Virus record (IMG/VR): IMGVR_UViG_3300037010_002844
Location: 128,001-192,000 of that record
Source of the DNA: a virus
Direction: 5' to 3' (one strand)
Length of the DNA: 64,000 nucleotides
Below, one piece after another: positions 28,341-36,795 of the stretch. The notes beneath the pieces were generated by a model. That model saw only the letters and a list, made by a program, of their open reading frames with translations, had not been told where the DNA came from and ran no database searches. How positions within the stretch are numbered: position 1 is the stretch's first letter; the number at the start of each line of letters is the position of its first letter. A program made the position numbers and the translations under genes.

Positions 28341-28859
28341 TCACTTCTGGGGTCTGGTCTTCCGTTGCTTCTTGCTGGGGGCCGCTTGTTCTTCTTCGAC
28401 ACGTTCAGCTTCAAGCGGATGATCTTCAGGCAGGTAACCCACGGGTCGCTCTTTCAGGTTCTGCGGCACCTGCGATTCATACTGGGCGACTTCCGCGAGC
28501 TTAGCTCGTTCAGAGTCCCAAACCGCCTTCGCATCAGCAACAGCTTTCTTCATTGCCTCTGCCGCTCCATGAGACGCCAGCCTACGGGCCTCAGTGTCGG
28601 TGAACAACTGCTTCACCAGTTCAATGCACGCAGAGACGTACGACAAGGCGTGTTCGCCTTCCTTGAGGGGCAGCTTGCCCGTGGTGACGTCTTCCTTGAT
28701 CTTGCCTCTGTACTCCTCGAGACGGGCCCCCGCCATCCCGAAGGCTGTCTTCATGGCGTTGAACTGCTTGACTTCTTCTTCGTAGACTTCCTTGGCATTT
28801 TCCAGCCGGCTGCCCATCGAAAACGTCGCAGCGACCCTACCCTCGTGAAAATCACTCAT
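28341..28859 (-). CDS. hypothetical helical protein
   Basis: 172 aa, charged and helical, co-oriented. Confidence 0.35.
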   Translation of the reverse strand: MSDFHEGRVAATFSMGSRLENAKEVYEEEVKQFNAMKTAFGMAGARLEEYRGKIKEDVTTGKLPLKEGEHALSYVSACIELVKQLFTDTEARRLASHGAAEAMKKAVADAKAVWDSERAKLAEVAQYESQVPQNLKERPVGYLPEDHPLEAERVEEEQAAPSKKQRKTRPQK

Positions 28860-28906
28860 GCCCGGATTGTACCGAGCATGAGTGTCACGTTAACTGTGAG
28901 AGATCA

Positions 28907-30535
28907 TCACCCGCCGGTGAAGACCTCCATGGTGATGACCGAGCCACTTCTGATCTTCATCGGGAACTTGAGGTCGCCCGTAGCCGCAGAAGTGCCCGGG
29001 TAGACGTCGTTGGCATTGCCTGCCGAGGTGCCTGGGACCAACAGAATACCATTCAGGTAGATGTTGAGATCCTTGGCAAAGTCCCTGCCCACGTAGCTGA
29101 GCAACGGCGCGTCCAGGTTCGTCGGATAGGTCACGTTGACGTTCGGGTTGATGAACTGAGCACCTGTGGTGCCAGCCTGCGCCCGCTTGCGGTGTAGTGC
29201 ACCCGAGACTGCCGTGTAGATCGAGCTCGACAGGGCATCAAACGCGCCGAGAATCGAAGTTCCCGCGCCGAAGAGTGCACCAAACTGATCCCACTCCGCA
29301 ATGCTGTTCGAGAAGTTGATGCTCGATGACAGCGCACCGGTGCCGTACTGGTCATTGAACTGCAGGTTACCGCCTGGGTTCAGTGACAAGTTGACGCTGG
29401 GCTGCAGGAACAGGCTCAGGGCGCTGCTGATGACGCCTGGGTTCGAGGCACCGATGTCGATCGGGTTGTTAGAACCCGTGCCAACAGTGATGCCGCTCTT
29501 GAAGCTGACAGCGTCATTGACAAACGTTGCCAAAGTGGCGCTGACGATCATCTCTGTATACGTCGGACCTGCGAAGAGCGACCACATCTGCTGCGTGCCG
29601 CTCAAAAAGGTCCAGGACGTGCCTGCCGCCAGCTGAATGTTGGTGCCCGTGGTGTCGACGACAACAGTCGCACCCTGGTTGTCGATCGCCCTCTGCAGGG
29701 TGATGTCTGCCAGGGTGACCACAGAACCACCCGTAATTGGTTGCGGAATGTCGATGAAGATGTTGTTGGAGAGGTACGCATCCTCAGGCAGGTCCTTGAG
29801 GTCCGTCCTGCTGATGTAGGCGTAGTTGATCGTCCGACCGCCGATGTCAGAGGCAGGGACCGGTGCCAGCGACGAGGTGCCGTTGATCATCTTCTCGTAG
29901 ATGAACGAGATCTGAGTACGGTTGCTGACATCATCGAACGTGTTGCCTGTGGCAACGCCCGGTTCAGCCTGCATCAGGCCGAAGATCTCCTGCCCGCCGC
30001 CCAAGGAGGTGGTCAAGGTAGAGTGCGTCCAAGCGTCGCGGACGATAACCAGGTTCTTGGGAGTGATTGCCGACGAGCCAGAGACCTGTTCGATGCTAAA
30101 TGCACCGTAGGTTCCTGCGAGGGCAACCAACGTACCCGTGGCATATGGCTCCAGGCCGACGACTGCCGGGCTGGCGGGTGCCGTTCCTAGGGACACTGAC
30201 AGCAATGCAAAGTTTGAACCCGTCGCAATGTTGACCTGCGTGAGGTTCTGGCGGCGGAACAGGAAGCGGTGCTGTTCAAGATCGGCAAGATCGCTGCCCA
30301 ACGTGTTGACGCCTCGGGCAGGCACGATGCCGTAACCGCCCGACACCTGCGTCACCATGTCGTACCAGCTGCCTGTCATGCCGGCCCACAACAGCTGCCT
30401 GATCTGAGTCCTCAACGCATTGAGGTCATCCTCAAGGCTGAGAGAACCGGTCTGCAGGCCGTCGCCAACCAACAACGCGTCATTGTACGTGTCTGAATTG
30501 AAGATCTGGGTTGGCTGATCGACAAACGTCCTCAT
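28907..30535 (-). CDS. putative tail fiber / baseplate protein
   Basis: 542 aa, Gly/Ser/Thr/Asn-rich, with no enzymatic motif. Confidence 0.35.
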   Translation of the reverse strand: MRTFVDQPTQIFNSDTYNDALLVGDGLQTGSLSLEDDLNALRTQIRQLLWAGMTGSWYDMVTQVSGGYGIVPARGVNTLGSDLADLEQHRFLFRRQNLTQVNIATGSNFALLSVSLGTAPASPAVVGLEPYATGTLVALAGTYGAFSIEQVSGSSAITPKNLVIVRDAWTHSTLTTSLGGGQEIFGLMQAEPGVATGNTFDDVSNRTQISFIYEKMINGTSSLAPVPASDIGGRTINYAYISRTDLKDLPEDAYLSNNIFIDIPQPITGGSVVTLADITLQRAIDNQGATVVVDTTGTNIQLAAGTSWTFLSGTQQMWSLFAGPTYTEMIVSATLATFVNDAVSFKSGITVGTGSNNPIDIGASNPGVISSALSLFLQPSVNLSLNPGGNLQFNDQYGTGALSSSINFSNSIAEWDQFGALFGAGTSILGAFDALSSSIYTAVSGALHRKRAQAGTTGAQFINPNVNVTYPTNLDAPLLSYVGRDFAKDLNIYLNGILLVPGTSAGNANDVYPGTSAATGDLKFPMKIRSGSVITMEVFTGG

Positions 30536-30596
30536 CGGTTGCGTCTCCTATGACCTAAGGTCGAGACTAAATATCGATGAGGAAGAATCAGAACGT

Positions 30597-31055
30597 TCAG
30601 TACGGATACGTCGCTCGAAAATTGCTACCCGACCTGTAAGGATGTAGCATGTGAACGATTGACCCAGAGACCAACACGTAGTCGGAATCAGACCCTTGTT
30701 CCTGTAGGATGCCGTTGTAGAAGAACATCAAGGCTGAACCAGGAGTCGGAGCAAATGATAGCGCAAAATCTCGATTGACGCCGTCGTTGAGGCCGACCGG
30801 TCGCTCCATCCACATCGTGGTGGACCCGGTCAACATTCCGGTGGCAGAGATGACCAGGTCGCCGCCCGGTCCCCCGTCCGTGATTGTCACGCCCGGGCCC
30901 TGAACCAGCCTGCGAGCGCTCGGGGGCTGCGTTCCAGCAACGCCTGAGACAATGACCCATGGTGTCGTATTGACGACCTGATCGAGCTGATCGTGAGTAA
31001 GTGTCCCTACACCTCCTAGCTCGCTGTGGTCATCTACTACCCGATATGCCGTCAT
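30597..31055 (-). CDS. putative fiber-associated protein
   Basis: 152 aa. Contains GPGVTITDGGPGGDLVISATG, a motif shared with the ORF at 27151..27837. Confidence 0.35.
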   Translation of the reverse strand: MTAYRVVDDHSELGGVGTLTHDQLDQVVNTTPWVIVSGVAGTQPPSARRLVQGPGVTITDGGPGGDLVISATGMLTGSTTMWMERPVGLNDGVNRDFALSFAPTPGSALMFFYNGILQEQGSDSDYVLVSGSIVHMLHPYRSGSNFRATYPY

Positions 31056-31404
31056 CCTTCACAGTCCCTGCTAACGTGAAAATATACCCTGTCGTGAACG
31101 ACCGGGGCCGACGGACTCACCGCGGGACTGTCAGAAATGATTTGATGACGATCCAACGTAGTAACCGCGAAATTCTGACCTGCTCAGTCAGATTGTCTGA
31201 GTCACTCAGCAGTTCTTCGCTGTCATCTACGTCCTCAGCGCCTGACTTCATCATGCCTGTCCTCGATGGACCAGGTTGATATGAAAAGACGCCTTCTGGC
31301 AACCTCACTTGCTTTTTCTTGTTTTTTCCGTGGGTCATCTGGTTACCTCACGGCAGCAACTCAAGGTTTCTATCTTGTTGCAGCACGTTCATGCTGCATA
31401 ACTA

Positions 31405-32010
31405 TCACAGACCCAAAGCGCCAGACACTTCCGCGGGCGTCAGTTCATCTTCTGGCAGCGGCTCAGTCCCCTCGAAAGCACCTGTCAGGTCGACGGGTTC
31501 AACATCACCATGGCCGTCCATCCACCGACGGCTGCACTTGACGATGCGCTTGCCTGCTTCACGGAGATCCTCATTTGTGACATTGACGAAGAGAATGCAC
31601 TTGTCAGCTGCACGAGCTTGGGACTCAGCCATCAGATTGCCGCACAACTCTGACTGCACCTTCTGAAGGTGCGCAATGTCGGCTAGCTCGTCGAGCACGG
31701 CCCGTGTCAGGTGCATATCCTCACGAATTTCGCGGAATGATTCACCCGACTTCACCTGCCAATCCTTTATGCTCTTGAAAGAGGAATCGATGTGCATCCG
31801 CGGGTCGTTGAAAGCGCAGTCTTTGGTGACCTCAGCCAGCATCTTGTCATCATAGACCAGATGTGCCGCGATATCGTCGGTTCCCTTCAATGAAGTTCCG
31901 ACGCCGGCGTTCTTCCGACGCGCATAGTCAACGATTTCGTCGTTTCTTTCAGCCGCCATAATCGCGAGGGTCTCTTCTAGCGCAGCGCGGTCCAACTTAA
32001 AATCACTCAT
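31405..32010 (-). CDS. hypothetical protein
   Basis: 201 aa, co-oriented. Confidence 0.35.
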   Translation of the reverse strand: MSDFKLDRAALEETLAIMAAERNDEIVDYARRKNAGVGTSLKGTDDIAAHLVYDDKMLAEVTKDCAFNDPRMHIDSSFKSIKDWQVKSGESFREIREDMHLTRAVLDELADIAHLQKVQSELCGNLMAESQARAADKCILFVNVTNEDLREAGKRIVKCSRRWMDGHGDVEPVDLTGAFEGTEPLPEDELTPAEVSGALGL

Positions 32011-32047
32011 GTTATCTCCTCAAAAGCGCGGCAGCGCTCCACTGGAG

Positions 32048-32650
32048 CTAAATATTGACTCGAGTGAGCAGGATGGGTTCGCCGGCCAGCGGACGGGCCG
32101 TCTTCCACTCGGGATACGCAGCAAGGAACTCATCGACGGCAGGCTTGACGCCGTGCTTCTCCGTCTCGATCTTGGCAGTCGCGTCCTTGACGTCCTTGTA
32201 ATCAGGCCGCTCAGCATACCAGAGGTCCTTGTCAGACCACCGACCCTCGTAATCGTCAATGATGACCAGAGAGTGTGGATGACACAGGTCCTCGAGGTGC
32301 AGCAGCTCCTGTTGAACAGTGTGGAAGTTGTGATCGCCGTCCAACAGCACTAGATCGAACTTCATGCCTTGCGCGACCAACTTGGGCAAGACATCGAGGC
32401 TGTTGCCCTGAATGAGGAACAGTTGCTGGTTTGGGCTCAAGTCTAGGTTCCTCGACATGATGGTGACCTGCTCTTGGACCAGAATATCCACACCGACCAT
32501 GACGAACTGTTCCTTGGCCCGCGCCATGAAGGCTGCCAAAGGAAACAACGAGACGCCACGATCGACACCGATCTCGATGACAAACGGAGGATGAGGCAAC
32601 CGATGAATGAAGTTCTTCATCATCGGCAGATACCCGTGATATGCCATCAC
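32048..32650 (-). CDS. class I SAM-dependent methyltransferase, TylF/macrocin-O-methyltransferase-like
   Basis: IEIGVDRGVS (a Gly-rich SAM-binding loop in a Rossmann start) and LLDGDHNFHTV (the DGDH metal/substrate motif typical of the TylF/MycF family). Confidence 0.5.
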   Translation of the reverse strand: MMAYHGYLPMMKNFIHRLPHPPFVIEIGVDRGVSLFPLAAFMARAKEQFVMVGVDILVQEQVTIMSRNLDLSPNQQLFLIQGNSLDVLPKLVAQGMKFDLVLLDGDHNFHTVQQELLHLEDLCHPHSLVIIDDYEGRWSDKDLWYAERPDYKDVKDATAKIETEKHGVKPAVDEFLAAYPEWKTARPLAGEPILLTRVNI

Positions 32651-32937
32651 GCCACCCGCCTCAGATACGTTGGCCTAATGTCATTGGGATCGAACCAAAC
32701 GCATTGGTGCTTCTCACGGCGTTTGACAGGCACATAGCGTCCATGAATGATCATGCGTTGCAGGGTGACGAGGATGCCGGGAGGCCTGTCAGAATCTCCA
32801 GGCTTATCAGGCACACACTCACGCGTATAGATCCGTGTGGCACGCACGTACGTGCCATTTTCTTTCTTAATGAACCCAGTGATCACCAATGGTGACATCT
32901 GGACCCGCTTCGCCTTCTTGTCGTTGTGACCCATCAC
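32647..32937 (-). CDS. hypothetical protein
   Basis: 96 aa, with a 4-nt overlap with the methyltransferase gene. Confidence 0.3.
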   Translation of the reverse strand: MMGHNDKKAKRVQMSPLVITGFIKKENGTYVRATRIYTRECVPDKPGDSDRPPGILVTLQRMIIHGRYVPVKRREKHQCVWFDPNDIRPTYLRRVA

Positions 32938-33158
32938 TGCCCCGCGATCAGCGCCTGGACTGCGGTCTCTACGCGGCGACGTAGCTCTTCCGGCAGCGCA
33001 GACAACAAAACGTAGGTCTCAGCTTTGACCGATGAGACGAGTGGACCACCGACGGTGTGAACGTCAGCGGGTTGAACGCCGACGCGCAAGGCGATGGGTG
33101 GCGGGCCCTTACGGGCCGCCATGATCGGTGCATAGAGGTCGATCTTCTGGACTTCCAT
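32934..33158 (-). CDS. hypothetical protein
   Basis: 74 aa, with a 4-nt overlap with the downstream ORF. Confidence 0.3.
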   Translation of the reverse strand: MEVQKIDLYAPIMAARKGPPPIALRVGVQPADVHTVGGPLVSSVKAETYVLLSALPEELRRRVETAVQALIAGQ

Positions 33159-33161
33159 GGT

Positions 33162-33341
33162 TCAACCCTTCAGGACGCCCTTACCTTCGTTGAGTGCCTG
33201 ATTTGCCCGAGCGAGCTCCTTCAACAGAAGGTTTCGCTGTTCCTTGAGGGCCACCACGTTTTCTCCGCGGTTGGTCTTTTCGTTGATCTGGGTCTCAAGG
33301 TCCCTGATCTGCTCGGCTAGCAGTTCTGACGTTGCTGACAT
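33162..33341 (-). CDS. small coiled-coil protein (59 aa; below ORF-track cutoff)
   Basis: ATG at 33341 with a GGAGAGGAAAGTCC RBS upstream. Translation: MSATSELLAEQIRDLETQINEKTNRGENVVALKEQRNLLLKELARANQALNEGKGVLKG. Confidence 0.35.
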   Translation of the reverse strand: MSATSELLAEQIRDLETQINEKTNRGENVVALKEQRNLLLKELARANQALNEGKGVLKG

Positions 33342-33763
33342 GGACTTTCCTCTCCTTGGTTGTCTTACACCATTCGTGCGCGGAGGGACTGGGATCTATA
33401 CCTTCTCGTCATTGTTCCATCGACAACATCGACGAGAACGTCTCCTTCCACGGACGATTTCCCGAGACCAGCGGGCACATGGTCCAACGTGGACACACGG
33501 AGCTTGAATCCTGCTGATTTTACCTTGACGTATGCAAATGCCAGTGCCTGGCCGCGCCAATCCCAACAACTGGTCTGTTTGGCATTTGTTGTCTTTCAGT
33601 TTGTAACTGTGATTCTCTAGTAGGACTTAACGACCTTTCCCGTCGTTCTGTCCCACGCCGCCATCGTGGCATCGATGAACTTGACCTGCTCGTCAAGCTC
33701 TAGTTCTTGATTGTTGACTCGAATTAGAAGGATGCCGCGTTTCACTGCCTCACGTTCCTCAAG

Positions 33764-34192
33764 TCAATCTCTGAATTGCATCGTCTCGAAATCATGACCT
33801 GCGTGCACCTGTCTGAAGTGCCATTCACCGTCAGATTCGACCCAAACTTTACCGTCGTCAGACACAATGTCAACATCGAACATTACACCGTCGATGGACA
33901 CCTGCTTGTGTCTCTTGAATCCTCGAGACCTCAGCAGTTCTGCCAAGGCGCGTTCTGCTTTTAAGGAAGAATGACGATTATCAACTCTCGATAAAAGAAA
34001 TCGATGCCGTAGCTCAACGTCTTGAGCAAGACGTTGTTTCATTGAGTTACTTTTCTTCTCACTTGATTCTTGCGTGAACTTACGACGAGCTGCACACGCC
34101 TTGGAACATGTTTTCTTGACGTACACTTTTCGTTCCGGTGAAAACAACACCTGAAAAGTAGTGCCACACTCACACGTGCGCTCTTCGGTCAC
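33764..34192 (-). CDS. DUF559/Vsr-like endonuclease-fold protein with N-terminal zinc finger
   Basis: C-terminal LLRSRGFKRHKQVSIDGVMFDVDIVSDDGKVWVESDGEWH matches the DUF559 restriction-endonuclease-like pattern (R..........D.D......E.DG..H). N-terminal CECG...CSKAC. Confidence 0.5.
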   Translation of the reverse strand: MTEERTCECGTTFQVLFSPERKVYVKKTCSKACAARRKFTQESSEKKSNSMKQRLAQDVELRHRFLLSRVDNRHSSLKAERALAELLRSRGFKRHKQVSIDGVMFDVDIVSDDGKVWVESDGEWHFRQVHAGHDFETMQFRD

Positions 34193-34402
34193 GAGCGTCT
34201 TTTCACCGCACCTCTTTGCAGTGGAGGCGCGAGCGTTCTCTTTGATCTTTTCAAGGCCTTCTTTGAATACGCTTGGGGCTTATGTTGCCACCTCACGTGG
34301 TTAGCTTTAGCTTGAAAAGTCTCAAAGAGAAGTTCACATTCATCACATCGTCACATGACAATAACTACACGTCATTTCCGTGGAGGTGATCAAAATAGAA
34401 CA

Positions 34403-34774
34403 TGGTGGAGGCGCCCGGAATCGAACCGGGGTCCGTAACAGATCCTCTGAGGACCTCATCCACAGGCTTGGTCCGTCTTGTTGCTCAACCTCCGGACGGG
34501 TCTAGCGACGCGAAATTTAGCGAGCTGGTCACCAACTCGACACTACGTTTTACGTCCAGTGCTTTGACGTGTTCCGCTTAACGTCCGGTTCCCCGACGTT
34601 TTCCCTGGCTTTCTGTTTCTAGGCGCCAGGACCCCATTCCTCAGGCCGCGAGGGCGAGAGGAGCAACACCATTGTCGTTGGCGTTTATACGTCACATGGG
34701 TTTTGAACTGGTCCCTCGTGCACCAGTGCCTGCAGTCTACAGTCTCAATGCCACGTCGAAGCCTAGTCGCCCCC
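34403..34774 (-). ncRNA. ssrA: tmRNA (ssrA), one-piece, about 372 nt
   Basis: Minus-strand RNA starts GGGGGCGACUAGGCUUCGACGUGG (compare E. coli GGGGCUGAUUCUGGAUUCGACGGG). It ends ...GGACCCCGGUUCGAUUCCGGGCGCCUCCACCA, a T-arm plus a 7-bp acceptor stem with a G3:U70 wobble. The internal tag ORF after ...GUAUAAAC reads GCC AAC GAC AAU GGU GUU GCU CCU CUC GCC CUC GCG GCC UGA = ANDNGVAPLALAA (34641..34682), ending in the canonical ALAA. Confidence 0.9.
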
Positions 34775-34836
34775 GTGCATTTGACCGAACAGCTCAGTTG
34801 TCAAAGATCGATGGCCGTAATTATGGCCTCACAGCG

Positions 34837-35214
34837 TCACTTCTTACCGCGAGGTTTTCCACCGGGCGGTTTGGGGTGCCCGCCCTTGCGCGGGTAAGTT
34901 CCCGCCTCAAGGTCGTCATCGTCCAACGTCAAGAAGTTCTCGGGCCGGGCCATCTGCCGCAGGTCCTCGTTCTTCTTCTCCAGCTCTGTAATCTTCTCCT
35001 TCTGGACCTTTTCCCAGCTATCGAAAAGTTCATCGTCTGTTGGGCCAGCGCCTGATCTCGTCAGCGAGGAGATGATGTAGGCCCGTAGACGATTGTGAAT
35101 CTCACGCAAGGCTGCTTCATCTGAGCCTACCGCCACCGACAATTCGCTCTCAAGTGCCCGGACCAGTAAGTTGTACAAGGCCAGGAACTCTTTCGGGTGA
35201 ATATTCAACTTCAT
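34837..35214 (-). CDS. hypothetical protein
   Basis: 125 aa, co-oriented, between the tmRNA and the head module. Confidence 0.35.
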   Translation of the reverse strand: MKLNIHPKEFLALYNLLVRALESELSVAVGSDEAALREIHNRLRAYIISSLTRSGAGPTDDELFDSWEKVQKEKITELEKKNEDLRQMARPENFLTLDDDDLEAGTYPRKGGHPKPPGGKPRGKK

Positions 35215-35217
35215 TAA

Positions 35218-35817
35218 TCAGCTCCGGCCCTGGAGCCTGTATGTCGTGTCGACAGTCAGGAGCTTCGTCCACTGCTTCGGGAACTTGGGAACGTTGACTG
35301 TGATCCAGTCGTGATTAACGTAGAGATCAATCGATCTCCCATGACGTCGAACGAAGCCCACGTCCTCGTACTCGGTGTAACCGTCGAGCACTACATCGAC
35401 CTGGTCGCCTTCCACGTGTTCAAATTCGAGTGACTGAGAGTTGTCGGTCTTGACGACCGGCAGTGCATGCAGCACGGATGCCGAGATCGTCTCTTCCACG
35501 TTAGGCAGGGAACTATCATCTTCCGCCTCTTTGGCGACGTCTTCGTAGACCTCGTCCTCATCCTCATCGTCCATGATGAGGCTGCCATTTGGCTTGGACT
35601 TCAGGCGCACGCGCTCTTCGGAAACGTGACAATCATCGCTGCACTCGTGGTCGCACTCGTCAACATCATCTTCAACATCAAGGATAAAGTCGTTGAGCCG
35701 ACCACGAAGATTGCGAACACGCTCGGTAATCGTTGACGATTCAACCAGCGACCGTGTCTGTTCGTAGTGAAACAGTACCTTCGCCAAAAAGAGCGCCTCT
35801 ACCTTAGTCAGTCTCAT
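35218..35817 (-). CDS. hypothetical acidic protein
   Basis: 199 aa, with an Asp/Glu-rich central region. Confidence 0.35.
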   Translation of the reverse strand: MRLTKVEALFLAKVLFHYEQTRSLVESSTITERVRNLRGRLNDFILDVEDDVDECDHECSDDCHVSEERVRLKSKPNGSLIMDDEDEDEVYEDVAKEAEDDSSLPNVEETISASVLHALPVVKTDNSQSLEFEHVEGDQVDVVLDGYTEYEDVGFVRRHGRSIDLYVNHDWITVNVPKFPKQWTKLLTVDTTYRLQGRS

Positions 35818-35889
35818 GTTTGCCTCTCAACGCCGCAAGGCCGGGAACCCGTAGGCACCCGGCCGCAGCAATGCACTTCCCTTACGGGA

Positions 35890-36147
35890 TTAGCGCGACT
35901 TGTTGGTCGCGCTGTAGTGCTTGTGCAGGAGGCGGTACATGGTGCGCGCCTCGGCACCCGTCAACCGCAGCGCACCTTCCGGGAAGTCGATGAAGACCGA
36001 CGTCGCGTTCGTGCGAGGGTTGGTCGACGCCGCGAACAACATTGCACCTTCGTCACGAAGGACGGTCTCGGTCCGGATGTTGCCCTTGCGGTCCTCACGG
36101 CTGTTGATGCGTGCGTTGCGGTTCGTCGAGATGTTGGATCGGCTCAT
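35890..36147 (-). CDS. hypothetical protein
   Basis: 85 aa, Arg/Asn-rich N-terminus. Confidence 0.3.
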   Translation of the reverse strand: MSRSNISTNRNARINSREDRKGNIRTETVLRDEGAMLFAASTNPRTNATSVFIDFPEGALRLTGAEARTMYRLLHKHYSATNKSR

Positions 36148-36255
36148 GGGATAATCTCCTTAGGCAGGTTGATTCCGTGCCCGTAGTAGAACATTACCCG
36201 CCCAAGTGGATCATGTACACGTCACAAAATCATTTCAGATCTTTGGATCATTTAT

Positions 36256-36723
36256 TCACACATCTCGGCCAGGGTTAGACACCGTCCGATTATCAGAAGA
36301 TTTTTCTAGGGGCCTTCTAATAAAGCCATAGAGGTACTTGGCGGCCTCGTCGAGCTGCAACTGGAAGAGTTGCCACCAGACGTTTCCGAGAATGTCGGCA
36401 CGTTCCTTGCCCAAGGTTTCCTTGACTTCAGCCTTGAAGTTTGTGTAGTCGATTTCGAGAGCACACTCTGCAACGACTCGGGACCACTCCTCGCGCCACA
36501 CGGCGACGCGGTACTTGTAGTCCGTGCCGCAGTCCTCCTCAATCGGAGATGAATTGACCTCGTAGGTCTCAATGAGACGCACCAAATCTTCTCGCACTCG
36601 TGTGCGAACCCAGATGATGCGCTCGTCCTTTTTGTCCTGAACGGCACTGTAAAAACCGTCCAACGTGAATAGCCACATACAGTTCAATCGTATTCCAGCG
36701 TCCTGAGCAATTGCACTGTACAC
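36256..36723 (-). CDS. hypothetical protein
   Basis: 155 aa, immediately downstream of the major capsid gene. Confidence 0.35.
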   Translation of the reverse strand: MYSAIAQDAGIRLNCMWLFTLDGFYSAVQDKKDERIIWVRTRVREDLVRLIETYEVNSSPIEEDCGTDYKYRVAVWREEWSRVVAECALEIDYTNFKAEVKETLGKERADILGNVWWQLFQLQLDEAAKYLYGFIRRPLEKSSDNRTVSNPGRDV

Positions 36724-36744
36724 AATCGTTAGTGCTTAAACAGG

Positions 36745-36770
36745 CGAAGGCCCGCGTTTGCGGGCCCTCA
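36745..36770 (-). terminator. terminator-like GC hairpin after major capsid gene
   Basis: ggcccgc (36749..36755) / gcgggcc (36760..36766), a 7-bp stem with a 4-nt loop. On the minus strand it is followed by TTCGCCTGTTT. Confidence 0.4.
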
Positions 36771-36795
36771 AGCCTTAGGATTTCCCTAGTGAACG

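Noticed and set aside
34403-34774. tmRNA as a prophage integration site (attB in host ssrA) at a host-phage junction
   Set aside because: Phage structural and head genes flank the tmRNA on both sides, on the same strand, with no host-like genes. The gene is internal to the phage genome.
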